IMG/VR virus record: IMGVR_UViG_3300017971_000337
Span: 1 to 54,448 of that record
Source of the DNA: a virus
Taxonomy: Duplodnaviria; Caudoviricetes
Length of the DNA stretch: 54,448 nt
Direction: 5' to 3' (one strand)
The notes under the pieces are model-generated. The model saw only the letters and a list, made by a program, of their open reading frames with translations. It was not told where the DNA came from and did no database searches. Each line of letters opens with the position of its first letter. The stretch's first letter is position 1. The translations under genes were made by a program, and so were the position numbers. This document shows positions 19,130-27,587 of the stretch, piece by piece.

Positions 19130-19790
19130 AATAATGTCTAGCCTCTATGTGATTGCCAGCTATTCGCGTGGAAATCCCTTTGTCTGTGTACCTGTAAAAA
19201 TACAACTCTTTGTCCAAGTGTGCAAGTCCACCGACCTCTTCCATCTTCAATGTTATGTCCCTGTCCGCTGCTCTTAATTGTTTTGGGTTAAATCTTGCGG
19301 ACTTATTATAGTAGTGCTTACTGAACACCTTGAAATGACTAATAGCATGTTCATCGTACAGTATTGAACCACCTTTAGGAATCCTATTCCTCTTAACCTT
19401 AAGAACTTCTAAGTTTTTATCGCAATGAAAATAGTTAGAAAACATCAGACCACACATAGAACATTTCTTTGCGAACGCAAACATTTCTGCCAGTGCATCA
19501 TTAGTAAGTACATCATCACTATCCAGGATACCTATTAACTTTCCCTTCGCCTTCTCGAAAGCTATAAGGTGTCCATTAGACACTCCCATATTAGTTGGCA
19601 TCTTTACCAGGGTTATCCTATCGTCCTTGAAACTGTTTACAACTTCCACGGAATTATCTGTGGAACCGTCATCTACAATTATCAACTGCCAATTTTCATG
19701 TGTCTGTTCTAATACAGACCTTATGGCTTGACCGATATATTCGCCCTTATTATAATTCGTCATAGAGATAGAAAACAGATTATCGTCCAT
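19083..19790 (-). CDS. Glycosyltransferase family 2
   Basis: YN...YI..AI.SVL.QT, VDDGSTD and LDSDD motifs. Confidence 0.93.
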   Translation of the reverse strand: MDDNLFSISMTNYNKGEYIGQAIRSVLEQTHENWQLIIVDDGSTDNSVEVVNSFKDDRITLVKMPTNMGVSNGHLIAFEKAKGKLIGILDSDDVLTNDALAEMFAFAKKCSMCGLMFSNYFHCDKNLEVLKVKRNRIPKGGSILYDEHAISHFKVFSKHYYNKSARFNPKQLRAADRDITLKMEEVGGLAHLDKELYFYRYTDKGISTRIAGNHIEARHYFDMAIREAKRRRGID

Positions 19791-20697
19791 AAAACCTACT
19801 CAATTTTCCTTGATTTGAATGTATAACTTTACTTATCGTTCTTGGATATTCGCAGATACCGTGAAATATCGCCCATGAACATGGACATATTTCTGATTCG
19901 CACTTCCCTTTCCTATGTAACTGTATAGTTTCAAGGTCGTCTGGGAACACCCCAAACTCTATATTGCCTTTCCCACCACAACTTCTTATCTTCCAATTGC
20001 TGTCCACTACTAAAAAATCGACACCACTAGAACATTGTCTACCCTTAACTCCCCATCGTTTATAAGATTCATTCCAATGTTCCCAGGATATGTACTCACT
20101 GTTTTCTAGCTTATACATAATGTCCTTTGGAGGAAACACTAATCCATCTTCATAAGGGCTTAACTTCAAATCCCTGTAGTGCATCATCTTTATCTTAAGG
20201 TTGAATACCATTGCCATCCAAAGTATATGGTCTATGTGCTCATAGTAACTTGGATGTAGAACCATCATCGGCCAAACAGTTATGCCTTTATTCAAAAATC
20301 TTCGAGCCCTCTGGAATACCACCAGAACTTTGTCCAATCGCATGAGCTCCTTCCAATGAATTGAAAACCATATTGCCAGGTTGTTTGAATCTGGACACTC
20401 CAACATCTTGTCCCATTTATTAGCCAACAAGTTTGAATTCACTACGACTGGGTACTCTTCCATCAAGCCTGTGAAAATATTAAAAGCCCAGGGATAATTT
20501 ATTGGTTCCCCGATACTGCAAAAATGAAAACAAATATGTTCGTTCGGTACTACTTCAGCCAACTTCTTAAAGTCTTCGACCGTAACTTTTTTAAATGGAG
20601 CTTTTCTTCTTTTGTCAGTCTTCCGTACATAACAGTATTCGCATTTCATGTTACAAGGTGCAGGGAATTCAGTTAGAATTATTGACCTTGATTCCAT
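19780..20697 (-). CDS. Radical SAM protein with a C-terminal Cys-rich (SPASM/twitch-like) region
   Basis: CNMKCEYC motif, GEP motif, C-terminal C..G...C...C....C.C. Confidence 0.85.
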   Translation of the reverse strand: MESRSIILTEFPAPCNMKCEYCYVRKTDKRRKAPFKKVTVEDFKKLAEVVPNEHICFHFCSIGEPINYPWAFNIFTGLMEEYPVVVNSNLLANKWDKMLECPDSNNLAIWFSIHWKELMRLDKVLVVFQRARRFLNKGITVWPMMVLHPSYYEHIDHILWMAMVFNLKIKMMHYRDLKLSPYEDGLVFPPKDIMYKLENSEYISWEHWNESYKRWGVKGRQCSSGVDFLVVDSNWKIRSCGGKGNIEFGVFPDDLETIQLHRKGKCESEICPCSWAIFHGICEYPRTISKVIHSNQGKLSRFYGR

Positions 20698-21619
20698 CGA
20701 TAATAAGCCTCCTATGTGATTCGCACTCGAAAAAGTTCAATAGGTCTATGTCCTTATCATTATTTATAAAGTCCTTGAGCCACTTTGTGTACTTAATAAA
20801 CATTTCTTTACTATAATGTGCCCACGAAATGTTCCAGCTCTTACTATTTAATGTGTCTAACATCGGCTGTAACTTATAAGGCTGTATATCATTATCAGTT
20901 ATTGTATACCCTGTATGTTCTGTATATTCCGCCTCAGTGTCCATTTTAACGAAATAACCGTAACTACTAAAATTATTTTTGAAAAGGAAATTCCCAAGAC
21001 CATAATAAATAGATTTTCCCTTATAAGTTTCGTATGCAGATGGAACATGGTTGTGATGCCACACTATAAGATCGACACCAAGGTCCACCAGATACCGGCT
21101 AACATATTGTTGATAAGGATTTGGATAAGGAAAACCTTCATTGCCTCCATGTAGAATTACAATTTTAGTTTCTGCTTTACACTCTAAGACCTGTTTGACA
21201 AGCTCTAGCATGTCCCAGGTGAATATAAAACCTTGTCCGCCCTCGTTTTCGCACATATTAAATAGTGCTACACCATCCACTATCAACGGTTCAGGTAGTA
21301 CTCCTAGACAAGCGAAGCCATAATACTCTAACAGGTTACAAGTTTTCGCTAATCCTATGTTACCAAAGTCAAAAGAATGATTGTTAGCAAGGCAACAGAC
21401 TATCCCAGCCTCCAATTTCAATAGGTCTAAATACTTTGGGTCGATGAACAGGTTCGGTCCTTGCTTTTGCCTTGGATATGTATTGTCCAGGCTCCCTTCA
21501 AAATTAGTTACAAACAAATCGCTATGATTAAATTGATTATAAAATTTTCCATACACTTCTTTCGGGTCTACACTATTCAAATGAACTGGATAAAAGTCCC
21601 CTGTAAAAATTATTTTCAT
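20669..21619 (-). CDS. CapA/PGA_cap-like metallophosphoesterase
   Basis: GD, NFEG, LANNH.FDFG, HGG.E, HH.H and YGLGNF motifs. Confidence 0.88.
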   Translation of the reverse strand: MKIIFTGDFYPVHLNSVDPKEVYGKFYNQFNHSDLFVTNFEGSLDNTYPRQKQGPNLFIDPKYLDLLKLEAGIVCCLANNHSFDFGNIGLAKTCNLLEYYGFACLGVLPEPLIVDGVALFNMCENEGGQGFIFTWDMLELVKQVLECKAETKIVILHGGNEGFPYPNPYQQYVSRYLVDLGVDLIVWHHNHVPSAYETYKGKSIYYGLGNFLFKNNFSSYGYFVKMDTEAEYTEHTGYTITDNDIQPYKLQPMLDTLNSKSWNISWAHYSKEMFIKYTKWLKDFINNDKDIDLLNFFECESHRRLIIDGIKVNNSN

Positions 21620-22449
21620 AGCTCCTCATAGATATTTATAAATTCTTTAACGATTTGTTTTGGATGCCAATAGGTTTCCATCCATAGCCTATTAGACCTT
21701 CCTATCGCCTGTATATAATCCCTTCCGGCTCCAAGTATTTCCCGAAGACCCTGTTCCAAAGAAGAAATGTGGAGGTGAAAGAAAGGGCTCCCGTTAGAAC
21801 CGCTCACCCTTTTCAATACATCCTCGACCTCTGGACTCATATGGCATATAGTTAATTTCCCAAGAGCTAATCCCTCAAGCCCTGAACGATGAAAGCTCCC
21901 TGTTATACACTCATCGATTATTATGTCACATGTCTGTTTTCTTTTAAGGCATTCGTCCAAAGGAACCTTATTTATAATATCAACTTCTATCTTAAATTCG
22001 TTCTGTATCTTTGTCAGTATCTCCTTTGTTTTTTCGTACCCTTTATTGTTCCAGTTATTTTCATCGGCTATCTTTGACGGGGAATAGCCGATTTTAATCG
22101 GGGTATTTACATTATATAACAGGTTGTATTCTGCTGTTTCAAAATTCAAAACATTCCTAACGACTTTACAATCCTTGTACTCTGGCAATGTCGCGTGATA
22201 CTGAGAGATAACTGTCTTGTCATAAGGGTAGTCTAACATCACTCGTTCTGGTTCTGAATGATATTGTATCAGTTGCTTTCCCTTACAAGTAAAAAAATTA
22301 TTATGAAAATGAAGAATATCACAATCTCTACCATCTAATTCCTTCCCTTTTAATACCTCACTAGAGTGTTCACTATATGTATTTATTGCCTTGGACAATT
22401 CGTCCGGAGCCCACGCTATTGGCGTTTGCTTAACCTGTAAGATTTTCAT
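21616..22449 (-). CDS. Glycosyltransferase, GT-B (GT4-like)
   Basis: HFH, NKG, DIIIDE...G....SGLEGLALGK..I and terminal F...Y..L motifs. Confidence 0.75.
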   Translation of the reverse strand: MKILQVKQTPIAWAPDELSKAINTYSEHSSEVLKGKELDGRDCDILHFHNNFFTCKGKQLIQYHSEPERVMLDYPYDKTVISQYHATLPEYKDCKVVRNVLNFETAEYNLLYNVNTPIKIGYSPSKIADENNWNNKGYEKTKEILTKIQNEFKIEVDIINKVPLDECLKRKQTCDIIIDECITGSFHRSGLEGLALGKLTICHMSPEVEDVLKRVSGSNGSPFFHLHISSLEQGLREILGAGRDYIQAIGRSNRLWMETYWHPKQIVKEFINIYEEL

Positions 22450-23767
22450 TCCTATAAACTACCTCGTCGTGTCCATTTGGTTTAAAGGTACACTTAACCC
22501 AATCCGCTTCATAGTTATAATTGTGGGCGGTTGATATCCCAGGTGTCTGTCTATACGGATCTTTGTTCTTAAAGAAATCAAATCCCATCAAGTGAAGACT
22601 GTTGAAAGTTCCAGCCCAGTATAGTAACCTTATAATTGAAAACCCTGTCGTTGGGATTATCCTATTGATATGGCTGTACTCTCTGAATATTTTATGATCA
22701 TAGAACCATTTTCTTCTCAAGATATATTCTTGCTTTCCTGGTTCAACCTTCTCTTTTATAAAGTGTCTCCAGTATGGATACTTCTTATTACAACATATTA
22801 TTCTTAAGTCGCATGGAACATCCATATTATAGTCTTGTAAATAAGTTGTGGCATGGATATTCGTCTTTTCCCCAGTGTTTTCCGGGTCTATTATGAAAGA
22901 ATTAAATCGTACAACTATATCATAACTGTCTATGTACTCACCCTCACCGCTATCCCTGACCATTCCTGAATTTGCTACACAGATTATATCCTTCTTTCTA
23001 ATGTATTCCCGGAATTCGTTTAGCTCCATAAACTTGAATTGCTTTTCGCGCATTGAATCCACATCCCTTATTTGAATGTTCGGGTCTAACGGTTTTATCT
23101 GTTCTTTGTAGGAACCCTTTATTTCTACTGGAGGTTCCAGCTGTTTCAATTCTTTCGGTGTATCTACATCCAATACATTTCTTATGGGGTAAAAAATTGT
23201 ATCCTTATTGTACAGATTCTTCTTTAAATTCGGTAATTCAAAGACATAAGAAACAAAAATGAAATGACTAATCTCGAACACCTTTGGATAATCTTGTCTA
23301 CGATACAGGTTGTGCTTTACAAGTTGTCTACCTTTTCCGCCTTCTTCTTCATACATATATAAATATGGATGAGTTCCCTCTATGTTCTTTTTACATAGCA
23401 AACTCTTACACTTATTCTGTTCAAAGAACCTTAGAGCGCCTCGTATATCTTCTATCGTACGTTCTGGATATGTTAAGTACAGTAAAACGATTATATCATC
23501 AGGCTTGAGTTTCTTCATTTTGACAACATCCAATAAGACATCCTTTGGATTGGAATCATCTTGATGAACCTTTTTGGTATTCCTATACAATACAGAATAT
23601 CCAACATTCCTAACAAGTTTCAGGATTTCCATGTCATTAGTTGTGATTATGACATTACTCTTGGTCAATCCCTTGACCGATTCCAAAGTGTAATGGATAA
23701 GCTTCCTGTTCTTGAAAGGAATTCCCTTGGAACCTTGTCTAGCCGGTATAACATAATAGACCATCAC
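22430..23767 (-). CDS. neuA: CMP-sialic acid synthetase (NeuA-like) fused to a GT29-like sialyltransferase domain
   Basis: N-terminal IPARQGSKGIP.KN, YPER, RRQD and DVDT; C-terminal sialylmotif L (CVANSG...S..GEYIDSYDIVVRFN...TGEKT), S (PTTG...LHLMGF) and VS (HNYNYE). Confidence 0.88.
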   Translation of the reverse strand: MMVYYVIPARQGSKGIPFKNRKLIHYTLESVKGLTKSNVIITTNDMEILKLVRNVGYSVLYRNTKKVHQDDSNPKDVLLDVVKMKKLKPDDIIVLLYLTYPERTIEDIRGALRFFEQNKCKSLLCKKNIEGTHPYLYMYEEEGGKGRQLVKHNLYRRQDYPKVFEISHFIFVSYVFELPNLKKNLYNKDTIFYPIRNVLDVDTPKELKQLEPPVEIKGSYKEQIKPLDPNIQIRDVDSMREKQFKFMELNEFREYIRKKDIICVANSGMVRDSGEGEYIDSYDIVVRFNSFIIDPENTGEKTNIHATTYLQDYNMDVPCDLRIICCNKKYPYWRHFIKEKVEPGKQEYILRRKWFYDHKIFREYSHINRIIPTTGFSIIRLLYWAGTFNSLHLMGFDFFKNKDPYRQTPGISTAHNYNYEADWVKCTFKPNGHDEVVYRNENLTG

Positions 23768-24597
23768 ACCACCTCTTCCATCGGAATGTACTCAAAAAAA
23801 TCTAGTCCACTATCTGGAGTACAACAAATTATTCTGTCCTTCCACGGAAGAAACTTCTTAAACATTTCAATCTTTGCATCACACCATTCTTGATTCAAAT
23901 AATTTTTTCTATTGTTCAGCCCTTCATCATTATAAGAATGAACATTCCCATCATTCGCTTCCAGGTATTCCTTTGTTGGAGGCTTCATGTCAAATCCAAA
24001 TAGGTATATTTTGCTAGCATCCATTATGATTGCAAGGTTTAGAGCGGCGAGCCCGGAAAGGCTTCCGCTGTACAGACCTAGATTATAGTCTGTTTGTGGT
24101 TCTCCTTTATTTATTGCAAATTCAAATGTACTAGAACGGAAATCCTTATGCTTCCACCCTGTTCTATACGCACAGAATATCATGCCTCTATAGTTTTTAA
24201 TTTCCGTCTGAGCTTGTTTCCACATCACCTCGTCTATAAAAAGCATCGCGTCAGCATCAGGGCAATCTTTGACGGAATGATTGAGGACGATTGTAAATTC
24301 TTTCTTAAACCTGTTATGGTCGAAGCCCTTTAAACTTCGTCCACTCCCCACTATAAAGACTTTTTTACCGGTCAATAGCCCTGAAACTTTTTCGGCTGTT
24401 TCCAATTCACCCTGTTCCATCAACCTGTTTACAGTTTCCTTGTCAGGAATGAAGTGTCCTTTCTTAATTAACTTATAACACTCCTCCAAGGGGAGTTGTC
24501 TAAACTCTTTACAGGTCTCGAAGGTTACACTCCTATCGTTATAGAAGTGCGTATAGTATTTCCCTGGTCCGTTATATTGTACTTTCCCAAATATCAT
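23764..24597 (-). CDS. Sialyltransferase-fold protein (Maf/DUF115/GT42-like)
   Basis: VFIVGSGRSL, TIVLN and SG.AALNLA...A.KIYLFGFDM motifs, with a later HSY. Confidence 0.7.
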   Translation of the reverse strand: MIFGKVQYNGPGKYYTHFYNDRSVTFETCKEFRQLPLEECYKLIKKGHFIPDKETVNRLMEQGELETAEKVSGLLTGKKVFIVGSGRSLKGFDHNRFKKEFTIVLNHSVKDCPDADAMLFIDEVMWKQAQTEIKNYRGMIFCAYRTGWKHKDFRSSTFEFAINKGEPQTDYNLGLYSGSLSGLAALNLAIIMDASKIYLFGFDMKPPTKEYLEANDGNVHSYNDEGLNNRKNYLNQEWCDAKIEMFKKFLPWKDRIICCTPDSGLDFFEYIPMEEVV

Positions 24598-25067
24598 ACT
24601 GGACCTTCGGAGAAAAATTCTATGGTAGTTTCGGCAGCTGCCACAAAAAATTTATCCTGGTCACCAGTCGCATCAAGTATTTCAATGTTGATTGTAAATT
24701 CTGGAAGGACTCCACGCACTACACCTCCGAGAGTCCTGTCTGATTTAATCGCTTCCCAAAGGTCATCAGAAAAGTCTAAGATACCTTTCTTACCTGTCGC
24801 TGTATGTCCCATGACTGCCCTGTTCATTTCCATAGACCTTGTCGCGAACTGAATAACGATGGGATAGATTTTTCTTTCCATCTGTGTGAAAGGTACATTG
24901 TCCACTTTTTCATAGCGAACACCATCTGGAACCAAGTTCCAAAACGGAAAACGATTTAGCTGAATAAGTTCAATTACATTTTCAGCCGTATGACCGGAAT
25001 CATAAGCATAGTCCAGTCCAGAATAACTGAGTAGTTGCCCGGATAAAGCATTTATCACATCTTTCAT
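24594..25067 (-). CDS. Tail terminator/completion protein
   Basis: DRTLGGVV motif, size and position after the neck genes. Confidence 0.7.
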   Translation of the reverse strand: MKDVINALSGQLLSYSGLDYAYDSGHTAENVIELIQLNRFPFWNLVPDGVRYEKVDNVPFTQMERKIYPIVIQFATRSMEMNRAVMGHTATGKKGILDFSDDLWEAIKSDRTLGGVVRGVLPEFTINIEILDATGDQDKFFVAAAETTIEFFSEGPV

Positions 25068-25618
25068 TTTTTATATGACTCCAATGATTTTCTTAACCAC
25101 TTATATGTAAAGTTGGCGTGGGTTGTTCCATCATTAAATTTCCTTACATCCATCTTTAAAAAGCTGTTAAGCCTTAACATCGTATATCTAAACAGAGGCC
25201 TCGCAGGTTGGCTTCCGTCCTTTTTCCCATAATGAAATACCATCGCATAAGGATAACCCTTCTTAGAACGAACAACATTCTGGTTCAGTTCCCATGTCAG
25301 GCTCTTAGAGGTTACTTTCTTTTTAGCCTGTTCCATGGAGCCCTTCTTCATAAGACCTGTTCTAACTCCTATGCCCGATGGATAGCCCTTCTTTATTTTC
25401 GCGTCCAAGTATTTCTCGGAAAGCTTCTGCCATTTCTTATGGCTATCTTGTATCTCATCTAGCTCATAGTCAATAAATTCCTTAATTTTTGGGATAACTG
25501 CCAGCCAGAGCGGTTTCGCATCGCCTGTCCCTCGCTGAACTTCTTCCAACCATTTTATAACAGCCTCTTTGCTATCTATGTCTAAGTCTATACTTATCCC
25601 GTCTTTCTTTTCAGCCAT
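25064..25618 (-). CDS. Virion morphogenesis protein (Mu gpG/P2 gpS-like)
   Basis: W..LS..Y...K, TG.M and YA..H.G......PARP motifs. Confidence 0.8.
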   Translation of the reverse strand: MAEKKDGISIDLDIDSKEAVIKWLEEVQRGTGDAKPLWLAVIPKIKEFIDYELDEIQDSHKKWQKLSEKYLDAKIKKGYPSGIGVRTGLMKKGSMEQAKKKVTSKSLTWELNQNVVRSKKGYPYAMVFHYGKKDGSQPARPLFRYTMLRLNSFLKMDVRKFNDGTTHANFTYKWLRKSLESYKK

Positions 25619-26097
25619 CAGTTTTCAAACCTGTCATCCTTAACATCTTCGTCCGCTCCATCAGGTATAAATCCTTCAACACCTTTCCTTCTATAGAACT
25701 TCTGATTGTAAAGGGTGCTCGTCTTCTTTGGATAAGATTTAACTGTATAGTCGGTTGTCCCATCTGAGATCTTAACCTTTCCTGTCAATACTTTCTCAAG
25801 AAGGGAATTATACATGTCGCTATAATACTGTACATCATCAACATCCTTAACCCTTCTGGAAGCTCCAAAGTAATAGACAAGACTCAGTTCTACTGCCTTG
25901 TATAGAGTCAACATATTCAAAACAGTAGAACTATTTCCTATCGTTGTTATCTGTGCCGAGGTTAGAACATCACTCAAGTCAACTTCTACTGTTTGCTCCG
26001 CTTCTTTTATCCGGTGCCTAAGGTCTGTGTCCAATACCTCAGTGGAATCATCGAATTTCTTATTTGATTTTCTTATGTCGTTAACTGTGCAAGTCAT
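25618..26097 (-). CDS. Head-tail adaptor (Mu gp36/DUF1320-like)
   Basis: CTV.DI...I.EA...V...L and Y...LE.V..G motifs; directly after the capsid gene. Confidence 0.7.
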   Translation of the reverse strand: MTCTVNDIRKSNKKFDDSTEVLDTDLRHRIKEAEQTVEVDLSDVLTSAQITTIGNSSTVLNMLTLYKAVELSLVYYFGASRRVKDVDDVQYYSDMYNSLLEKVLTGKVKISDGTTDYTVKSYPKKTSTLYNQKFYRRKGVEGFIPDGADEDVKDDRFEN

Positions 26098-26110
26098 GTT
26101 TCACCTCTTT

Positions 26111-26142
26111 AAAATAAAGGACTGGCGGTTTCCCGCCAGCCC
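26111..26142 (-). terminator. Intrinsic terminator after the major capsid gene
   Basis: Minus strand GGGCTGGCGGGAAACCGCCAGTCC followed by a T-rich tract. Confidence 0.8.
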
Positions 26143-26150
26143 AATAGTGA

Positions 26151-27104
26151 TTAGCCGATAACATTTTGGAGTAAGTACCAGCAGCTCAGGTCAGCTTCAA
26201 GTATATCATAATCCCATTCGGTTATGATTTTCTTTCCCCTCGGGTTAGTGAGTATTTCTTTGGATACCTTCATGCCGTCGTACTGCATGGTCAGTATTCC
26301 AAATACATCCTCTGCCTGAGGTCTTGGAGGTACATAACCTATAAGAATATCTTTGCCCCAAGTTGCAGACAAGCTTCTTGTCTGTCCTTTTTCCGCAGTG
26401 TTATACCTGCCATCGGATATAACTACCCGAAGACCTTTAATAACAGGCGGAAGCCCAACGAGTTGCATTATCTGTCCCTGGAATTGTGATTTCATGTACG
26501 CCATTGGATCGGTGTACTTGATATCCTGTATCCAAGACAGCTTCGCGAAATACAGAGCAGCCTCAAACGGTATAACGATAGTATTCGCCTTGGCTCCTGT
26601 ATTGTCGTATATAGAAGTGACGGCTGTAATAATATCGTCTTCCATTGTTGGAGAGCTCTCATCCAGTCTTCCATTCGCGACAGAATCCACATCCGTGGTA
26701 TTTGTTACCTTAGATGTGTCCGTTAAAATCGCGGCAACCCTTGTCTCATGCTTAAGCTTGAGGCGATGGGTGAGCTTGTTAGTTTCCCTCTGCTCCAGCT
26801 TAATAACTCCTTTCTTGCTCGCGTTCCGGAGTTCCTTTTCTGTTAAGGTGCTTGAGAGGGCTTTCCTGGTTGTTCTATAAGAATAAGGTGTTCCCAGCGC
26901 AAAGTCAACTTCATTTGCAGGGGATCCTTCCGCTTCGTCTGATACCTGGTCCATTGCTCCCTGGTCGTCAACAAAAACATAATCGCTGAAATATTCAACG
27001 CCGACTATTGGAGCTACTACACTTCCAATCAAATTTCCGTTTGGATAAGCGAGTGCTAGATTAGTCAGGTAATCATCGTATCTTACTGTTCCTTTTGTAC
27101 TCAT
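26151..27104 (-). CDS. Major capsid protein
   Basis: 317 aa; D.YLTNLA.AY.N...I...VAP.V.V start and YLLQNV end, typical of lambda-E-like capsids; AAGGAGG RBS; own terminator. Confidence 0.88.
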   Translation of the reverse strand: MSTKGTVRYDDYLTNLALAYPNGNLIGSVVAPIVGVEYFSDYVFVDDQGAMDQVSDEAEGSPANEVDFALGTPYSYRTTRKALSSTLTEKELRNASKKGVIKLEQRETNKLTHRLKLKHETRVAAILTDTSKVTNTTDVDSVANGRLDESSPTMEDDIITAVTSIYDNTGAKANTIVIPFEAALYFAKLSWIQDIKYTDPMAYMKSQFQGQIMQLVGLPPVIKGLRVVISDGRYNTAEKGQTRSLSATWGKDILIGYVPPRPQAEDVFGILTMQYDGMKVSKEILTNPRGKKIITEWDYDILEADLSCWYLLQNVIG

Positions 27105-27137
27105 AACTTATTTTATCCTCCTTAGATTATGATTGGT

Positions 27138-27563
27138 TTACGACTGGTTAAAGTCGCCGATGTAGTATCGCTGTATTAAAACGGGAATGATGTCACCGGA
27201 CACCCCAGCCTTCATTGCATGACCGAAAATGTAAACACCATCAGAAGTCGTATGCTTGACGCCTACTCCTCCGGTAGATGCAATTATCCTGTCATCCTGT
27301 GCGACTGTCCCACCAAGTTCAACATATGCTACTCCCTCATAGACTAACTGAATCGGGTCGTTCTCAGCATAAGTTGTTTTTCCGTTCTCAGATGCATCAC
27401 CGGTTACGCCGACTGGAAACTGACTTCCAGCTGTCGCGGCAATAACTTCAGTAGCATCACCTGAATCCTTTTGACAAATTCTATAAGGGCTAATAGCAGC
27501 TCCTGCGTTGCAGGGCATCATCTTCTTATCCCTTTCTTCTGTTCTTCCTTCGGCAAATGCCAT
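27138..27563 (-). CDS. Capsid decoration/cement protein (DUF2190-like)
   Basis: G.AYVE.GG.V...D.I.....G.G...G.A...GVSGDII.V motif; lies between protease and capsid. Confidence 0.8.
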   Translation of the reverse strand: MAFAEGRTEERDKKMMPCNAGAAISPYRICQKDSGDATEVIAATAGSQFPVGVTGDASENGKTTYAENDPIQLVYEGVAYVELGGTVAQDDRIIASTGGVGVKHTTSDGVYIFGHAMKAGVSGDIIPVLIQRYYIGDFNQS

Positions 27564-27587
27564 AAAAAATTTCCTCCTGTCTTAGAT

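Noticed and set aside
16756-24597. Host capsule locus misassembled into the phage, or a lysogenic-conversion moron
   Set aside because: Genes overlap the upstream structural gene, have similar composition by eye, and lack export/polymerase genes or a separate promoter; no lysogeny module. Read mapping is still needed to exclude chimerism fully
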